The notes beneath the pieces are model-generated. The model had not been told where the DNA came from. It did no database searches and saw nothing but the letters and a program-made list of their open reading frames with translations. 64,000 nucleotides of DNA from Candidatus Zixiibacteriota bacterium (GTDB taxonomy: Bacteria > Zixibacteria > MSB-5A5 > UBA10806 > 4484-95), in the NCBI GenBank assembly GCA_037441845.1, contig JBBIRK010000005.1, positions 96,001-160,000 on the forward strand, in the 5' to 3' direction. A program made the position numbers and the translations under genes. Below, one piece after another: positions 47,865 to 57,656 of the stretch; the stretch's first letter is position 1; each line of letters begins with the position of its first letter.

Positions 47865-49852
47865 TTTTTGCTTACCATTTTTTTCAAACGCGAGATTTCG
47901 TCTCTCAGCGATGCCGCCTTCTCGAATTGCAGCTCCTTCGCCGCTTTTTGCATCATTCTGGTCAACTGCACGATTTTCTCCTCCGCTTCCAAACGAGAGA
48001 CGGCGTCAAGTTCTATCTCAATCGATTTTTCCTCGTAATCCTGACGACTATCGGCGAAAGTGGTGGTTCGCAAAATGTCTTCCCTGGATTTATGTATGGT
48101 CTCAGGAACAATTCCGTGCTTCTCGTTATATTCGATTTGAAGTTGCCGCCTTCTGGCTGTTTCCTCTATCGCTCTACGCATCGAATCGGTGATATTGTCG
48201 GCATACAAGATGACCTTGCCGGCCTTATTGCGGGCCGCTCGCCCGGAAATCTGGATTAAGGATCGTTCGGAACGTAAAAAACCTTCTTTGTCGGCGTCCA
48301 TAATGGCCACCAGAGAAACCTCCGGCAGATCCAATCCCTCGCGCAATAGATTGACGCCTACGAGCACGTCGAACTCCGCAAGACGAAGGTCACGCAATAT
48401 CTCTACGCGGTCTATGGCGTCTATTTCGGAATGGAGATATCGCACTTTGATATCGAGATTGGCCAGATAATCCGATAAGTCCTCGGCCATTCTCTTGGTC
48501 AGGGTGGTCACCAGAACACGAAATCCCTGCGCAGTCGCCTGCCTGATTTCGTTGATCAGATCATCCACCTGTCCCGAAAGCGGCCGAACTTCCAAAGCCG
48601 GGTCAACTAGCCCGGTAGGACGGATTATTTGCTCGACGACGACGCCTTCGGATTTTTTCACCTCATATTCGGCCGGAGTGGCCGAGAGAAATATCACCTT
48701 TTTCATGTAGGACTCGAATTCCTCGAAATAAAGAGGTCGGTTGTCCAGCGCCGAGGGGAGACGGAAACCGTATTCCACCAATGTTTCTTTGCGAGACCGA
48801 TCGCCGTGAAACATTCCCCTTATCTGGGGAATCGTCTGATGCGACTCATCGATAATCATCAGGAATTCTTCGGGGAAGAAATCCAGAAGCGTAAACGGTC
48901 GTTGGCCCGGTTTCCTACCCGAAAGGTGGCGCGAGTAATTTTCAATTCCGCTGCAATAACCTATTTCCTGCAGCATCTCGATATCGTAACGGGTGCGCAT
49001 CGCCAGCCTTTGCGCCTCGAGCAATTTTCCGCAGGATCGGAAAAATTTCAGGCGTTCCTCGAGCTCGGCTTCGATGGTTTTTATAGCCCTGAGCACCGAG
49101 GGTCTTCCGGTGACGAAATGTCGTGCCGGATAGATCGCCTGTTTTTCCTTGATTTCAATAGTCTTCCCCTCGACGAGGTTCACCGTGGATATTTTCTCTA
49201 TCGTATCGCCGAAAAATTCGATGCGAACGGCAAAATCATCATATGCGGGATGAATATCGATCACGTCTCCGCGCACCCGGAAACTACCCCGGCCAAACTC
49301 GATATCGTTTCGAACGTATTGAATCCTTATCAAATCACGCAGAAATTGCTGGCGATTATATTCTCGGCCGGTCTCCGCAAGTACCATCATTTCCCGGTAT
49401 TCCTCGGGCGATCCGAGGCCGTAGATACAGGATACCGAGGCGACTATTACCACGTCCTTGCGTTCCATGAGCGAAGAGGTCGCCCTGAGTCGCAGCCTGT
49501 CTATTTCCTCATTCATCGATGTGTCTTTTTCGATATAAGTATCGCTTTGCGGGATATAAGCCTCGGGCTGATAGTAATCGTAGTAGCTGATAAAAAACTC
49601 GACCGCATTACCGGGGAAGAAGGCTTTAAGTTCGCCGAAAAGCTGGGCGGCAAGCGTTTTGTTGTGGGAGATGATCAACGTCGGCAGTTTCAATTTTTCG
49701 ATAACGTTGGCTATGGTAAAGGTTTTGCCGGATCCGGTTACGCCGAGAAGAGTCTGGTAAGGCTTGCCTGCGGCGAAATTATCCAGCAGTTTGGCGATCG
49801 CTTTGGGCTGGTCCCCCGATGGTTGATAGCTTGATACGAGCCTGAAATCCAT
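47861..49852 (-). CDS. uvrB: Excinuclease ABC subunit B
   Basis: [50 protein letters not shown] tail. Confidence 0.98.
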   Translation of the reverse strand: MDFRLVSSYQPSGDQPKAIAKLLDNFAAGKPYQTLLGVTGSGKTFTIANVIEKLKLPTLIISHNKTLAAQLFGELKAFFPGNAVEFFISYYDYYQPEAYIPQSDTYIEKDTSMNEEIDRLRLRATSSLMERKDVVIVASVSCIYGLGSPEEYREMMVLAETGREYNRQQFLRDLIRIQYVRNDIEFGRGSFRVRGDVIDIHPAYDDFAVRIEFFGDTIEKISTVNLVEGKTIEIKEKQAIYPARHFVTGRPSVLRAIKTIEAELEERLKFFRSCGKLLEAQRLAMRTRYDIEMLQEIGYCSGIENYSRHLSGRKPGQRPFTLLDFFPEEFLMIIDESHQTIPQIRGMFHGDRSRKETLVEYGFRLPSALDNRPLYFEEFESYMKKVIFLSATPAEYEVKKSEGVVVEQIIRPTGLVDPALEVRPLSGQVDDLINEIRQATAQGFRVLVTTLTKRMAEDLSDYLANLDIKVRYLHSEIDAIDRVEILRDLRLAEFDVLVGVNLLREGLDLPEVSLVAIMDADKEGFLRSERSLIQISGRAARNKAGKVILYADNITDSMRRAIEETARRRQLQIEYNEKHGIVPETIHKSREDILRTTTFADSRQDYEEKSIEIELDAVSRLEAEEKIVQLTRMMQKAAKELQFEKAASLRDEISRLKKMVSKK

Positions 49853-49922
49853 CTATCACGCCACCATGATTAAAATTCGGCGAAAATTAATGAACATCTG
49901 AATCAATGCGTCGGCAAACGGT

Positions 49923-51200
49923 TCAAACCTGGCATTCGAGAGCGGTCATCACCTCGCCCACCGTATAATGCGAGCCGGTCACCAGAATTATATCGTCTTT
50001 ATTCGCGTGGTCGAGGGCGGCCTTATAGGCGTCTTTGACATGAGGGATAACTTGAAAATTCGTTGTGATTCTGGCGGCTTCGCGGGCAAGCGTATTGGGA
50101 TCAGCGGCCCTGTCGGTAATCGGCTTGGTGAGGATGATCACATCGGCGAATCTGTCGAGATCACGCAACATCGCGGTCGAATCCTTATCCGAGAGGATGC
50201 CGAACACCGCGATTATATTTCTGTCTTTGTAAAATTCATTGAAATATTCCCATAGGGTACGGATCGCGGCGGGATTATGGGCGACGTCGAGAATCACGAT
50301 AGGTTCCTTGCCCACCTGAGTGAGCCTTCCCGGCCACTTGACGTTACGAAATCCGGCGCTGACACCGTTCTGGGTCAATTTTATGCCGTCTTTTTCAGCG
50401 ACTTCGGCGGCGATAAGCCCGCATACGGCATTTTCGAGCTGATGACGACCGGGCAGCGCCAGGCGAAGATTATAATATTTTTGGGAATTGGTGAATATAT
50501 CGACCTCGGTCTTGGCCGAAGTTATCTCCTTTATGACCCATTGAGTTTCATCGAAAATGGAAATGAGTTTCGCTTTTCGCGACTGACACACCTGCCGCAG
50601 CACCTTGCGCGCATCGTGATGTTTCGCGGCGGTCACGACCGGGATTCCGTGCTTTATTATGCCGGCCTTTTCGAATGCGATCTGGCTGATTTGACTTCCG
50701 AGATGCTTGGTATGCTCAAGATCAATATTGGTGATCACAGATACCAAGGGAGTTATTACATTGGTCGCGTCGAGCCGTCCACCCAAACCGGTCTCGATAA
50801 TCGCCAGATCGACTTTTTCATCCCTGAAATAGCTGAAAGCCAAAGAAGTTACGGCTTCGAAAAAGGTCGGATTCAGCGATTCGAACCTGGCTTGATTGGA
50901 ATTGAAGAATTCGGTAATGTATTTTTGATCGATCAACCGCCCGTTGATTCTGATTCTCTCCCGGAAATCGACCAAATGGGGCGAGGTGTAAAGTCCGACC
51001 CTGTAGCCGGAGTTGGACAGGATGCTTTCAAGAATCGCCGAGGTGCTGCCTTTGCCGTTGGTGCCGGCGATATGAATGCTACGAAAAGCGCGGTGGGGAT
51101 CACCCAAAGCCGATAACAGCCTCGAGATGTTTTCCAGACCCAGTTTCATCCCGAAAAGCTCCAATTTCAGCAGATATTGCAAGATCTCCCTATACTCCAT
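49923..51200 (-). CDS. folC: Folylpolyglutamate/dihydrofolate synthase
   Basis: HIAGTNGKGS, YTSPHL, ETGLGGRLDATN, EKAGIIK, WPGR, DVAHN; start set at MEYRE. Confidence 0.96.
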   Translation of the reverse strand: MEYREILQYLLKLELFGMKLGLENISRLLSALGDPHRAFRSIHIAGTNGKGSTSAILESILSNSGYRVGLYTSPHLVDFRERIRINGRLIDQKYITEFFNSNQARFESLNPTFFEAVTSLAFSYFRDEKVDLAIIETGLGGRLDATNVITPLVSVITNIDLEHTKHLGSQISQIAFEKAGIIKHGIPVVTAAKHHDARKVLRQVCQSRKAKLISIFDETQWVIKEITSAKTEVDIFTNSQKYYNLRLALPGRHQLENAVCGLIAAEVAEKDGIKLTQNGVSAGFRNVKWPGRLTQVGKEPIVILDVAHNPAAIRTLWEYFNEFYKDRNIIAVFGILSDKDSTAMLRDLDRFADVIILTKPITDRAADPNTLAREAARITTNFQVIPHVKDAYKAALDHANKDDIILVTGSHYTVGEVMTALECQV

Positions 51201-52050
51201 CGCCGGCCGCCTTCGGTTGCATATAATCAAGCAGTAAAGCCACCGTCTTCCGCATTTTGCTGCGATGAACGATGGCATCCAGAAATCCGTGTTCGAGGAA
51301 AAATTCCGATGATTGAAAACCGGGCGGCAATTCTCCGCCGATCGTCTGGGCTATCACGCGCGGGCCGGCGAATCCGAGCAGCGCTTGGGGTTCGGCGATT
51401 ATGACATCGCCCAGCGAGGCATACGATGCCATAACGCCCGCAGTGGTCGGATTGGTGAGAATCGAGATGAAAGGTATACGCTTTTGGTGGAGTTTAGCCA
51501 GGAGCGCCGAAGTCTTGGCCAATTGCATCAACGAGTAAATGCTTTCCATCATGCGTGCACCGCCCGAACAGGAAATGAGCACGAGCGGTATCGATCGCTG
51601 TAACGATCTTTCTATGGCCCGGGCCACTTTTTCACCCACCACCGAACCCATCGAGCCGCCGATGAAACTGAATTCCATCACTCCGAAAGAAATCTGCCGC
51701 CCTTCGATACGGCCGATGCCGCAGATTATGGCGTCGTTTATGCCGGTTTTTTTTCGGGCTTCGGCGATTCGATCGACGTAACGCTTGGTATCGCGAAAAT
51801 TCAATGGATCGGCGGAATAGAGATTGGCGTCGAATTCCTCCAGATATCCGTCGTCGAGCAAGAGTTCGATATAATCTCGGGCTGAAATGCGGGAATGGTA
51901 CTCGCATTTCGGGCAGGTCCAGACGTTTTTTTTGAGCGAGATTACGGTGATGATTTCACCGCAACCCTTGCACTTCGTCCATACGCCGTCGGGTATATCT
52001 TTTTTCTCTCCACCCGTCAAATCGCGCGATTTTTTGCGGAACCACTCCAT
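51190..52050 (-). CDS. accD: Acetyl-CoA carboxylase carboxyltransferase beta
   Basis: C4 Zn finger, GGSMGSVVGEK, SGGARM, GFAGPRVI. Confidence 0.97.
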   Translation of the reverse strand: MEWFRKKSRDLTGGEKKDIPDGVWTKCKGCGEIITVISLKKNVWTCPKCEYHSRISARDYIELLLDDGYLEEFDANLYSADPLNFRDTKRYVDRIAEARKKTGINDAIICGIGRIEGRQISFGVMEFSFIGGSMGSVVGEKVARAIERSLQRSIPLVLISCSGGARMMESIYSLMQLAKTSALLAKLHQKRIPFISILTNPTTAGVMASYASLGDVIIAEPQALLGFAGPRVIAQTIGGELPPGFQSSEFFLEHGFLDAIVHRSKMRKTVALLLDYMQPKAAGDGV

Positions 52051-52493
52051 CAGCTCAATTCCTTCATCATGACAACGGCATCCTCAGTCGGATTATGGTA
52101 ATAAAGCCGCCTTTTGCCGACGACCCGGAAGCCGAACTTCAGATACAGACGGCGGGCCGCCTCATTGGAATCTCTTACTTCCAAGTAAATTTGGCGAATT
52201 CCAAGCGAATAAGCAAGTCCTATAATATGCTCCATCAACAGGCTTCCGAAGCCGGCCCGTTGGTGTTTTGAATCGATCGCCAGATTACCTATCTGCAGTT
52301 CGTCGGAAACCCGGTAAAGACTGGCGTAGCCGATCACGGTCCGGTTCAGGCGCATGACGATGGGATAAGCATAATCGGCGTCAAGATCGAAAGCGAACGC
52401 CTGGCGCGGCCAGGGATCGCGAAAAAGAGCCTCCTCTATCGCTGCCACCTGATCCAGATCATCGGCGGTCATCCGTTCGAATTGCGGCTTCAC
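52050..52493 (-). CDS. rimI: RimI-like N-acetyltransferase
   Basis: F.DPW, LEVRDSN.AA..LY.KFGF, R..YY.NP.EDA. Confidence 0.92.
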   Translation of the reverse strand: MKPQFERMTADDLDQVAAIEEALFRDPWPRQAFAFDLDADYAYPIVMRLNRTVIGYASLYRVSDELQIGNLAIDSKHQRAGFGSLLMEHIIGLAYSLGIRQIYLEVRDSNEAARRLYLKFGFRVVGKRRLYYHNPTEDAVVMMKELS

Positions 52494-52509
52494 CCGTGGC
52501 GAATCTCCA

Positions 52510-53151
52510 TCAGTGCCTTAAATACAAAGGTGCGCAGGTGCCGAGATCCAGATGTTTATTGTTCTTGATATCATCCTCGCCGAAGATTGCGGCGGGCACG
52601 GCAAGATTGAGATTATCGTTGACCATATACGATACGGCATTGAATCGCTCTTCGAACTTCGATTTGAGATGAGAAGGCACACAGAAAACCGGCTTCAACT
52701 CGACCAATTCTTTCAGAGCTTCCAAATCGCTCACATTATCCTCGCTTAACCTTACGGCTTGCGGAAAACCGCAATCGAAAACCGCCCAATAGATTTCATT
52801 GCGCTTGGCGTCGATTACCGTAACCACCCGCGAACGATTCGATATCAGGCATTGCGCCATGGCAGCCAGAGTCGATATTCCGGCCAACGGAATTTTCAGG
52901 CCATAAGCATAACCTTTAGCGGCCGCCAAACCGATCCTGACTCCGGTGAACGATCCCGGGCCGATGGTTGCGGAGATACCGGTCAGATCGGAAAACGAAA
53001 AACCGTTTTCCTGCAAGAACCGGCCGATTTCGTTCTGGATTATTTCGCCGTGTTTAAGACCCGGATGACTCAATTTTTCGGCGATCGATTTCCCATCGGC
53101 CGCCAGCGCCAAACCGAGGCTCGTTCCCGAAGTATCAATTCCGAGTATCAT
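52510..53151 (-). CDS. tsaB: tRNA threonylcarbamoyladenosine biosynthesis protein TsaB
   Basis: ILGIDTS, GPGSFTGVRIG, IDAKRNEIY, PLYLR. Confidence 0.95.
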   Translation of the reverse strand: MILGIDTSGTSLGLALAADGKSIAEKLSHPGLKHGEIIQNEIGRFLQENGFSFSDLTGISATIGPGSFTGVRIGLAAAKGYAYGLKIPLAGISTLAAMAQCLISNRSRVVTVIDAKRNEIYWAVFDCGFPQAVRLSEDNVSDLEALKELVELKPVFCVPSHLKSKFEERFNAVSYMVNDNLNLAVPAAIFGEDDIKNNKHLDLGTCAPLYLRH

Positions 53152-53560
53152 CGACCTCGTCAATTCTGATTGTCCTGGATTCGGCGTCGGTTATTTCGAA
53201 AAAAATATCGTATCGGTTATCGGGCAGGTTCCCGGCGGCTTTCTCCGCCCATTCGACAATTATAATGCGCTTCGAGTCGGGAAGTTCATCCCAGCCGAGT
53301 TCCTCGAGATTGCCGTTGAAACGATACAAGTCCACATGCACGACCTCGATATCCCCAGGATAATAATTCACCAGATTAAACGAGGGGCTATGAGCTTCTA
53401 TTCGACATTTCAACCCTCGGCAGATACCTCTCGTAAAAGCAGTCTTGCCGGACCCGAGAGGTCCGATCAAGGCCAAAAAATCGCCGCATTTCAAATCCCG
53501 GGCGAACGCCTCGCCGAATCGTTCGGTTTCATGCTCGGATCTTGCCAGCCAGGTGACCAA
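53135..53560 (-). CDS. tsaE: t6A biosynthesis ATPase TsaE
   Basis: GPLGSGKT, SPSF, HVDLYR, VEWAE. Confidence 0.95.
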   Translation of the reverse strand: MVTWLARSEHETERFGEAFARDLKCGDFLALIGPLGSGKTAFTRGICRGLKCRIEAHSPSFNLVNYYPGDIEVVHVDLYRFNGNLEELGWDELPDSKRIIIVEWAEKAAGNLPDNRYDIFFEITDAESRTIRIDEVDDTRN

Positions 53561-53588
53561 GTTCGGGCCTCGTCAAGCCTATGAAGAG

Positions 53589-55136
53589 TTATTTTCCCTT
53601 GAGAGTGACAACGGGTAGAATCACTTCATCGAGAGTAATGCCGCCGTGCTGGAAACTGTTTCTGTATTGGCGGCGGTATTCGGCCATGTTATTCGGGTAA
53701 ACAAAATAGTAATCCTCACGGGCGATCACGTAGGTGGTGGCAAGGCTCCACGTCGGCAGGCGATATTCTTTCGGCTTCCTGATCAAAAACGATTGCCGTT
53801 GATCGCAGTTCAGATTGTCCCCGAACTTATAACGAAGGTTCGTGGAGGTGTCTCTTTTCCCGTGAATGATCGAACCCCGGGTGCACAGCACTGATCCATG
53901 ATCGGTGGTTATAACAACCACTGCTTCGGTTTTGGAGAGTTTTCTTAACAATTCGAACAGGTGCGAATGCTCGAACCAAGATCTCATCAAAGATCGGAAA
54001 GCGGCCTCATCCGGGGCGATTTCCTGAAGGATCTCGGATTCGCTGCGTCCGTGGGAAAGGATATCGACGAAATTGTAAACCAGCGATAACAGCGGCGTCG
54101 ATGAATAGCTCGAGATTTTTCTGGCTATATTCTGCCCCTCCTCGAAATCGAGCACTTTGATATATTTGGATTCCCCCGAAAGCGAGATTCCGAGTTTTTT
54201 GATCAGACGGTCGAGAAGTTGCCGCTCATTGCGGTTGCGACTGTATTCGCTGGCGGCTTGTGCCCATAGTTCGGGGAAAATCTCGGCCACTTTGTCGGGG
54301 AATTCCCCGGAAAAAATTGCGTTTCTCGAAAACGGAGTGGCGGTCGGAATAATCGAATAGTAATAATCTCTTTTCACATCGAAATATTCGGCCAACAGCG
54401 GTTCGATCATAAGCCACTGATCAAGCCGCATGCAGTCGATTACGATAAACACGGCCTGCCGTTTCTGCTTCAAATGAGGGGCGAGATATTCTTTCACGAC
54501 ATCAACCGAAAGGCACGGCTTGCCGCCATTTATCCAGTTGAGGTAATTTTTTTCGTAAAACGGGGCGAATAGCGCATTGCATTGTCGTTTTTGATCCTGG
54601 TGGGATTGCCGCAGTCCCATATCCTTGAAATTTTCGACCTCGAGATCCATCTCCGAAAGTTTGACATGAATATCGATCCAATCTTTCCAATCGAGCGGGG
54701 AGTTAATAAGGGCATTGATCCGATTGAATTCTTCGACGAAATGCCGGGTCAGGTGTTCTTCCTGAATCCGCTTTTTATCGAGGATTCTCTTGACCGCCGA
54801 AAGAATCTGGCCGGGATTGATCGGCTTGACAAGATAGTTGTCTATTTTGCGGCCGATAGCCTGTTCCATCAGCTTTTCTTCTTCGGATTTGGTAACCATT
54901 ATTATGGGCAGGTTCGGGCGAACATCTTTTATCTCTTCCAGCGTGGAAAGCCCGTCGCGTCCCGGCATCATTTCATCGAGCAGAATCAGGTCGAACGATC
55001 GATTCTTGACCATCTCGATAGCGTCATCGCCGTTGGCGGCGGAATGAACCTTGAAGCCGTGCTCCTCGAGAAAAATAATATAAGCTTTCAATTGATCGAT
55101 CTCATCATCGACCCACAAGATATTTCTTTCGGTCAA
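53589..55136 (-). CDS. porX: PorX-like response regulator with PglZ/alkaline-phosphatase domain
   Basis: ILWVDDEID, LLDEMMPG, MVTKSEEE, KPINP; DCMRLDQW, PTATPFSRNAIFSG, DILSH, TTDHG, FQHGG. Confidence 0.9.
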   Translation of the reverse strand: MTERNILWVDDEIDQLKAYIIFLEEHGFKVHSAANGDDAIEMVKNRSFDLILLDEMMPGRDGLSTLEEIKDVRPNLPIIMVTKSEEEKLMEQAIGRKIDNYLVKPINPGQILSAVKRILDKKRIQEEHLTRHFVEEFNRINALINSPLDWKDWIDIHVKLSEMDLEVENFKDMGLRQSHQDQKRQCNALFAPFYEKNYLNWINGGKPCLSVDVVKEYLAPHLKQKRQAVFIVIDCMRLDQWLMIEPLLAEYFDVKRDYYYSIIPTATPFSRNAIFSGEFPDKVAEIFPELWAQAASEYSRNRNERQLLDRLIKKLGISLSGESKYIKVLDFEEGQNIARKISSYSSTPLLSLVYNFVDILSHGRSESEILQEIAPDEAAFRSLMRSWFEHSHLFELLRKLSKTEAVVVITTDHGSVLCTRGSIIHGKRDTSTNLRYKFGDNLNCDQRQSFLIRKPKEYRLPTWSLATTYVIAREDYYFVYPNNMAEYRRQYRNSFQHGGITLDEVILPVVTLKGK

Positions 55137-56296
55137 ATCGGCAACTCCATCATAAAAGTGGTTTTCACATTCGGGATGCTTTCATGAAGCCATATACGGC
55201 CCTTGTGATATTCCTCGATAATCCTCCGCGCCAACGTCAATCCAAGCCCCCAGCCCCTTTTTTTGGTGGAAAAGCCGGGGTTGAAAATATGCTTTTGAAT
55301 CGACGGGATGATCCCTTTTCCGTTATCGGAAACGCTTACGACAATCTTATTGTTTCTGTATTCCGCCTTTATAGAAATCCTTCCGTTTCGTGGATCGACG
55401 GCCTCAAGCGAATTTTTTATGAGATTTTCGATAACCCAGGCTATCAATTCCCTATTTATACTTATATCCGGAACTTCCGAATATTGTTCGATAATTTCAA
55501 CCCCCTTGCCGGCTCCGGGAAGCCGCATCCGAAAATAGGCCACCACTTCTTTGATCGGCTCAAGAATATCCGTCCTTTCCAGTTCCGGTATCGAGCCTAT
55601 TTGACCGAATCTGGTGGCCACGCGGTCGAGACGTTTGAGGTCGGACTCGATGCGGCTGATTATTTCATCGAAACCGAGCGCCGTCGATTCGTCGGGCAAC
55701 GAAAAATCCGACCGTTTGAACTTTCTTTTCAATAGCTCCGACCATCCCATTATCGAGGACAAGGGGGTGCCCAATTGGTGAGCTGTTTCTTTGGCCATTC
55801 CGATCCAGATCGAACGCTGCTCGGATCGCTTGATATTTCTAAGCCCGATATATCCCACCAAAATTAAAATTGCGATAACCGAAAACTCGATAAGCGGAAT
55901 GAATTGAAGTTGCTTTATCAATCGCGAATCCCCGAAATGCAGATAATGGATCACGGTTTTTTCGGGACCGAAATAGATGGGAACCGGTTCGTTGTCGGCA
56001 TCCATCTTTTTGAGCGCTTTTGCCAACCGTCGATTGGTCTCCTCGAGCCCTATATCTTCCGGCAGTTGGAGTGTCCAGAACATCGGCTCGCCCGCCGGTG
56101 AAGTGACGATTATCGGAAATGTAGCCTTCCTGATGATTTCCTCGAATATGAAATTTATCTCATTGCCCGAGGTCGCCTCGCTGGCGGCATACTGCCAAAG
56201 TCTGGCATAAGCCCTGCTTACCCGAGCGGCGTCCTGTTTCAGACCGTTGACGATAACCTGATTATAATACACGAAAATCACGATAATGATCACCAT
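55133..56296 (-). CDS. Membrane sensor histidine kinase (true start may be ATT at 56362)
   Basis: AKETAHQLGTPLSS, ENLIKNS, DNGKGI, GFSTKKRGWGLGL. Confidence 0.93.
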   Translation of the reverse strand: MVIIIVIFVYYNQVIVNGLKQDAARVSRAYARLWQYAASEATSGNEINFIFEEIIRKATFPIIVTSPAGEPMFWTLQLPEDIGLEETNRRLAKALKKMDADNEPVPIYFGPEKTVIHYLHFGDSRLIKQLQFIPLIEFSVIAILILVGYIGLRNIKRSEQRSIWIGMAKETAHQLGTPLSSIMGWSELLKRKFKRSDFSLPDESTALGFDEIISRIESDLKRLDRVATRFGQIGSIPELERTDILEPIKEVVAYFRMRLPGAGKGVEIIEQYSEVPDISINRELIAWVIENLIKNSLEAVDPRNGRISIKAEYRNNKIVVSVSDNGKGIIPSIQKHIFNPGFSTKKRGWGLGLTLARRIIEEYHKGRIWLHESIPNVKTTFMMELPI

Positions 56297-56378
56297 GCTG
56301 AACGCCAGAGCATTGGTGAATACCGAGCTCGAATTGAAGAGATTCTTTACCTTGCGAATAATGGTCCGCCTCGTGAGC

Positions 56379-57656
56379 CTAAATCGGTTCGAGCCTTTCT
56401 CGATTATGCATATAGGGCCTCAGCGCCTCAGGAATAGTGACCGAACCATCGGCGTTTTGATAATTCTCGAGAATGGCGATAAACGTCCTCGGCAAGGCCA
56501 ATCCCGATCCGTTCAGGGTATGGACAAAGATCGGCTTGGCCCCCTTTTCGGGCCTATAGCGAAGGTTCATTCGTCGCGCCTGAAACGCCTCGAAATTGGA
56601 ACATGAGGAAACCTCCAACCAGGTATCCATACCCGGCGCCGATACTTCCAAGTCATAACATTTGGCGGCGGAGAAAGAGAGGTCACCTGTGCAAAGTAGA
56701 TTGACCCGATAATGCAGCCCAAGCAGTTGCAGCACCTCTTCGGCGTCGGCCACCAATCGTTCGAGCTCTTCATACGAGCTTTCCGGCTCGACTATCTTGA
56801 CCATTTCGACTTTATGGAATTGATGAACACGGGTGATTCCCCGCACTTCTTTGCCGTAGGAACCGGCCTCGCGTCTGAAACAAGGCGAAAAGGCACAATA
56901 ATACAATGGCAGCCGATCGGCTGCGAGTATCTCATCGGCATGCATATTAGTTATCGGGACTTCTGCGGTGGGAATAAGGTAAAAGTCGGAGTCGGCTATT
57001 CTATACATATCGTCCGCGAGTTTGGGCAGCTGGCCAGTTCCCGTCATGGCTTTCGATCCCACCATATACGGAATCATGACTTCGCGATATCCTTGTTTGC
57101 CTACATGCAGATCGATCATGAAATTAATCAAGGCACGCTCCAGCATGGCCCCCTGACCGGTCAAGGCATAGAAACCGGAACCCGATAGTTTCACTCCTCT
57201 GGGGATATCCAGGGCCCCGATAATTTCTCCGATCTCCCAGTGCGGCCGCGGCTTGAACGCGAATTCACGCCCCTTCCCCCAATGTCGAATTATCCGGTTG
57301 GATTTTTCATCGGAACCGACGGGAACATCATGGTGGGGAATATTGGGCACCCTGAGAAGGGCGGCGTCGAGTTCTTCCTCTTTTGCCTTTAATTGCTCGG
57401 TCAGGTCCTTGATTTCCTCCCCGACTTGCCGCATCCTTGCCACCGGCTCGGTGATGTCCAGATTTTGCTTTTTGGCGGCGGCGATATCCAGGTTTGCCTT
57501 GTTGCGGCTGGCCTCCAACGCCTCTTTTTTGCCGATAAGCGCTCGACGTTGTTCGTCCAACCTTAAAATCAGGTCGATATCGACATTTTCGTTTTTGTTT
57601 CGCGCTGCCTGTCTGACGATTTCAGGATTATCCCGGATGAACTTCAAATCGAGCAT
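56379..57656 (-). CDS. serS: Serine--tRNA ligase
   Basis: [52 protein letters not shown]. Confidence 0.98.
   Translation of the reverse strand: MLDLKFIRDNPEIVRQAARNKNENVDIDLILRLDEQRRALIGKKEALEASRNKANLDIAAAKKQNLDITEPVARMRQVGEEIKDLTEQLKAKEEELDAALLRVPNIPHHDVPVGSDEKSNRIIRHWGKGREFAFKPRPHWEIGEIIGALDIPRGVKLSGSGFYALTGQGAMLERALINFMIDLHVGKQGYREVMIPYMVGSKAMTGTGQLPKLADDMYRIADSDFYLIPTAEVPITNMHADEILAADRLPLYYCAFSPCFRREAGSYGKEVRGITRVHQFHKVEMVKIVEPESSYEELERLVADAEEVLQLLGLHYRVNLLCTGDLSFSAAKCYDLEVSAPGMDTWLEVSSCSNFEAFQARRMNLRYRPEKGAKPIFVHTLNGSGLALPRTFIAILENYQNADGSVTIPEALRPYMHNRERLEPI

Noticed and set aside
48629..49834. Long + strand ORFs antisense to uvrB and others (e.g. 31551-32492, 42874-43752, 50277-51116)
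   Set aside because: Fully overlap well-supported - strand genes and have no motifs; typical antisense shadows.
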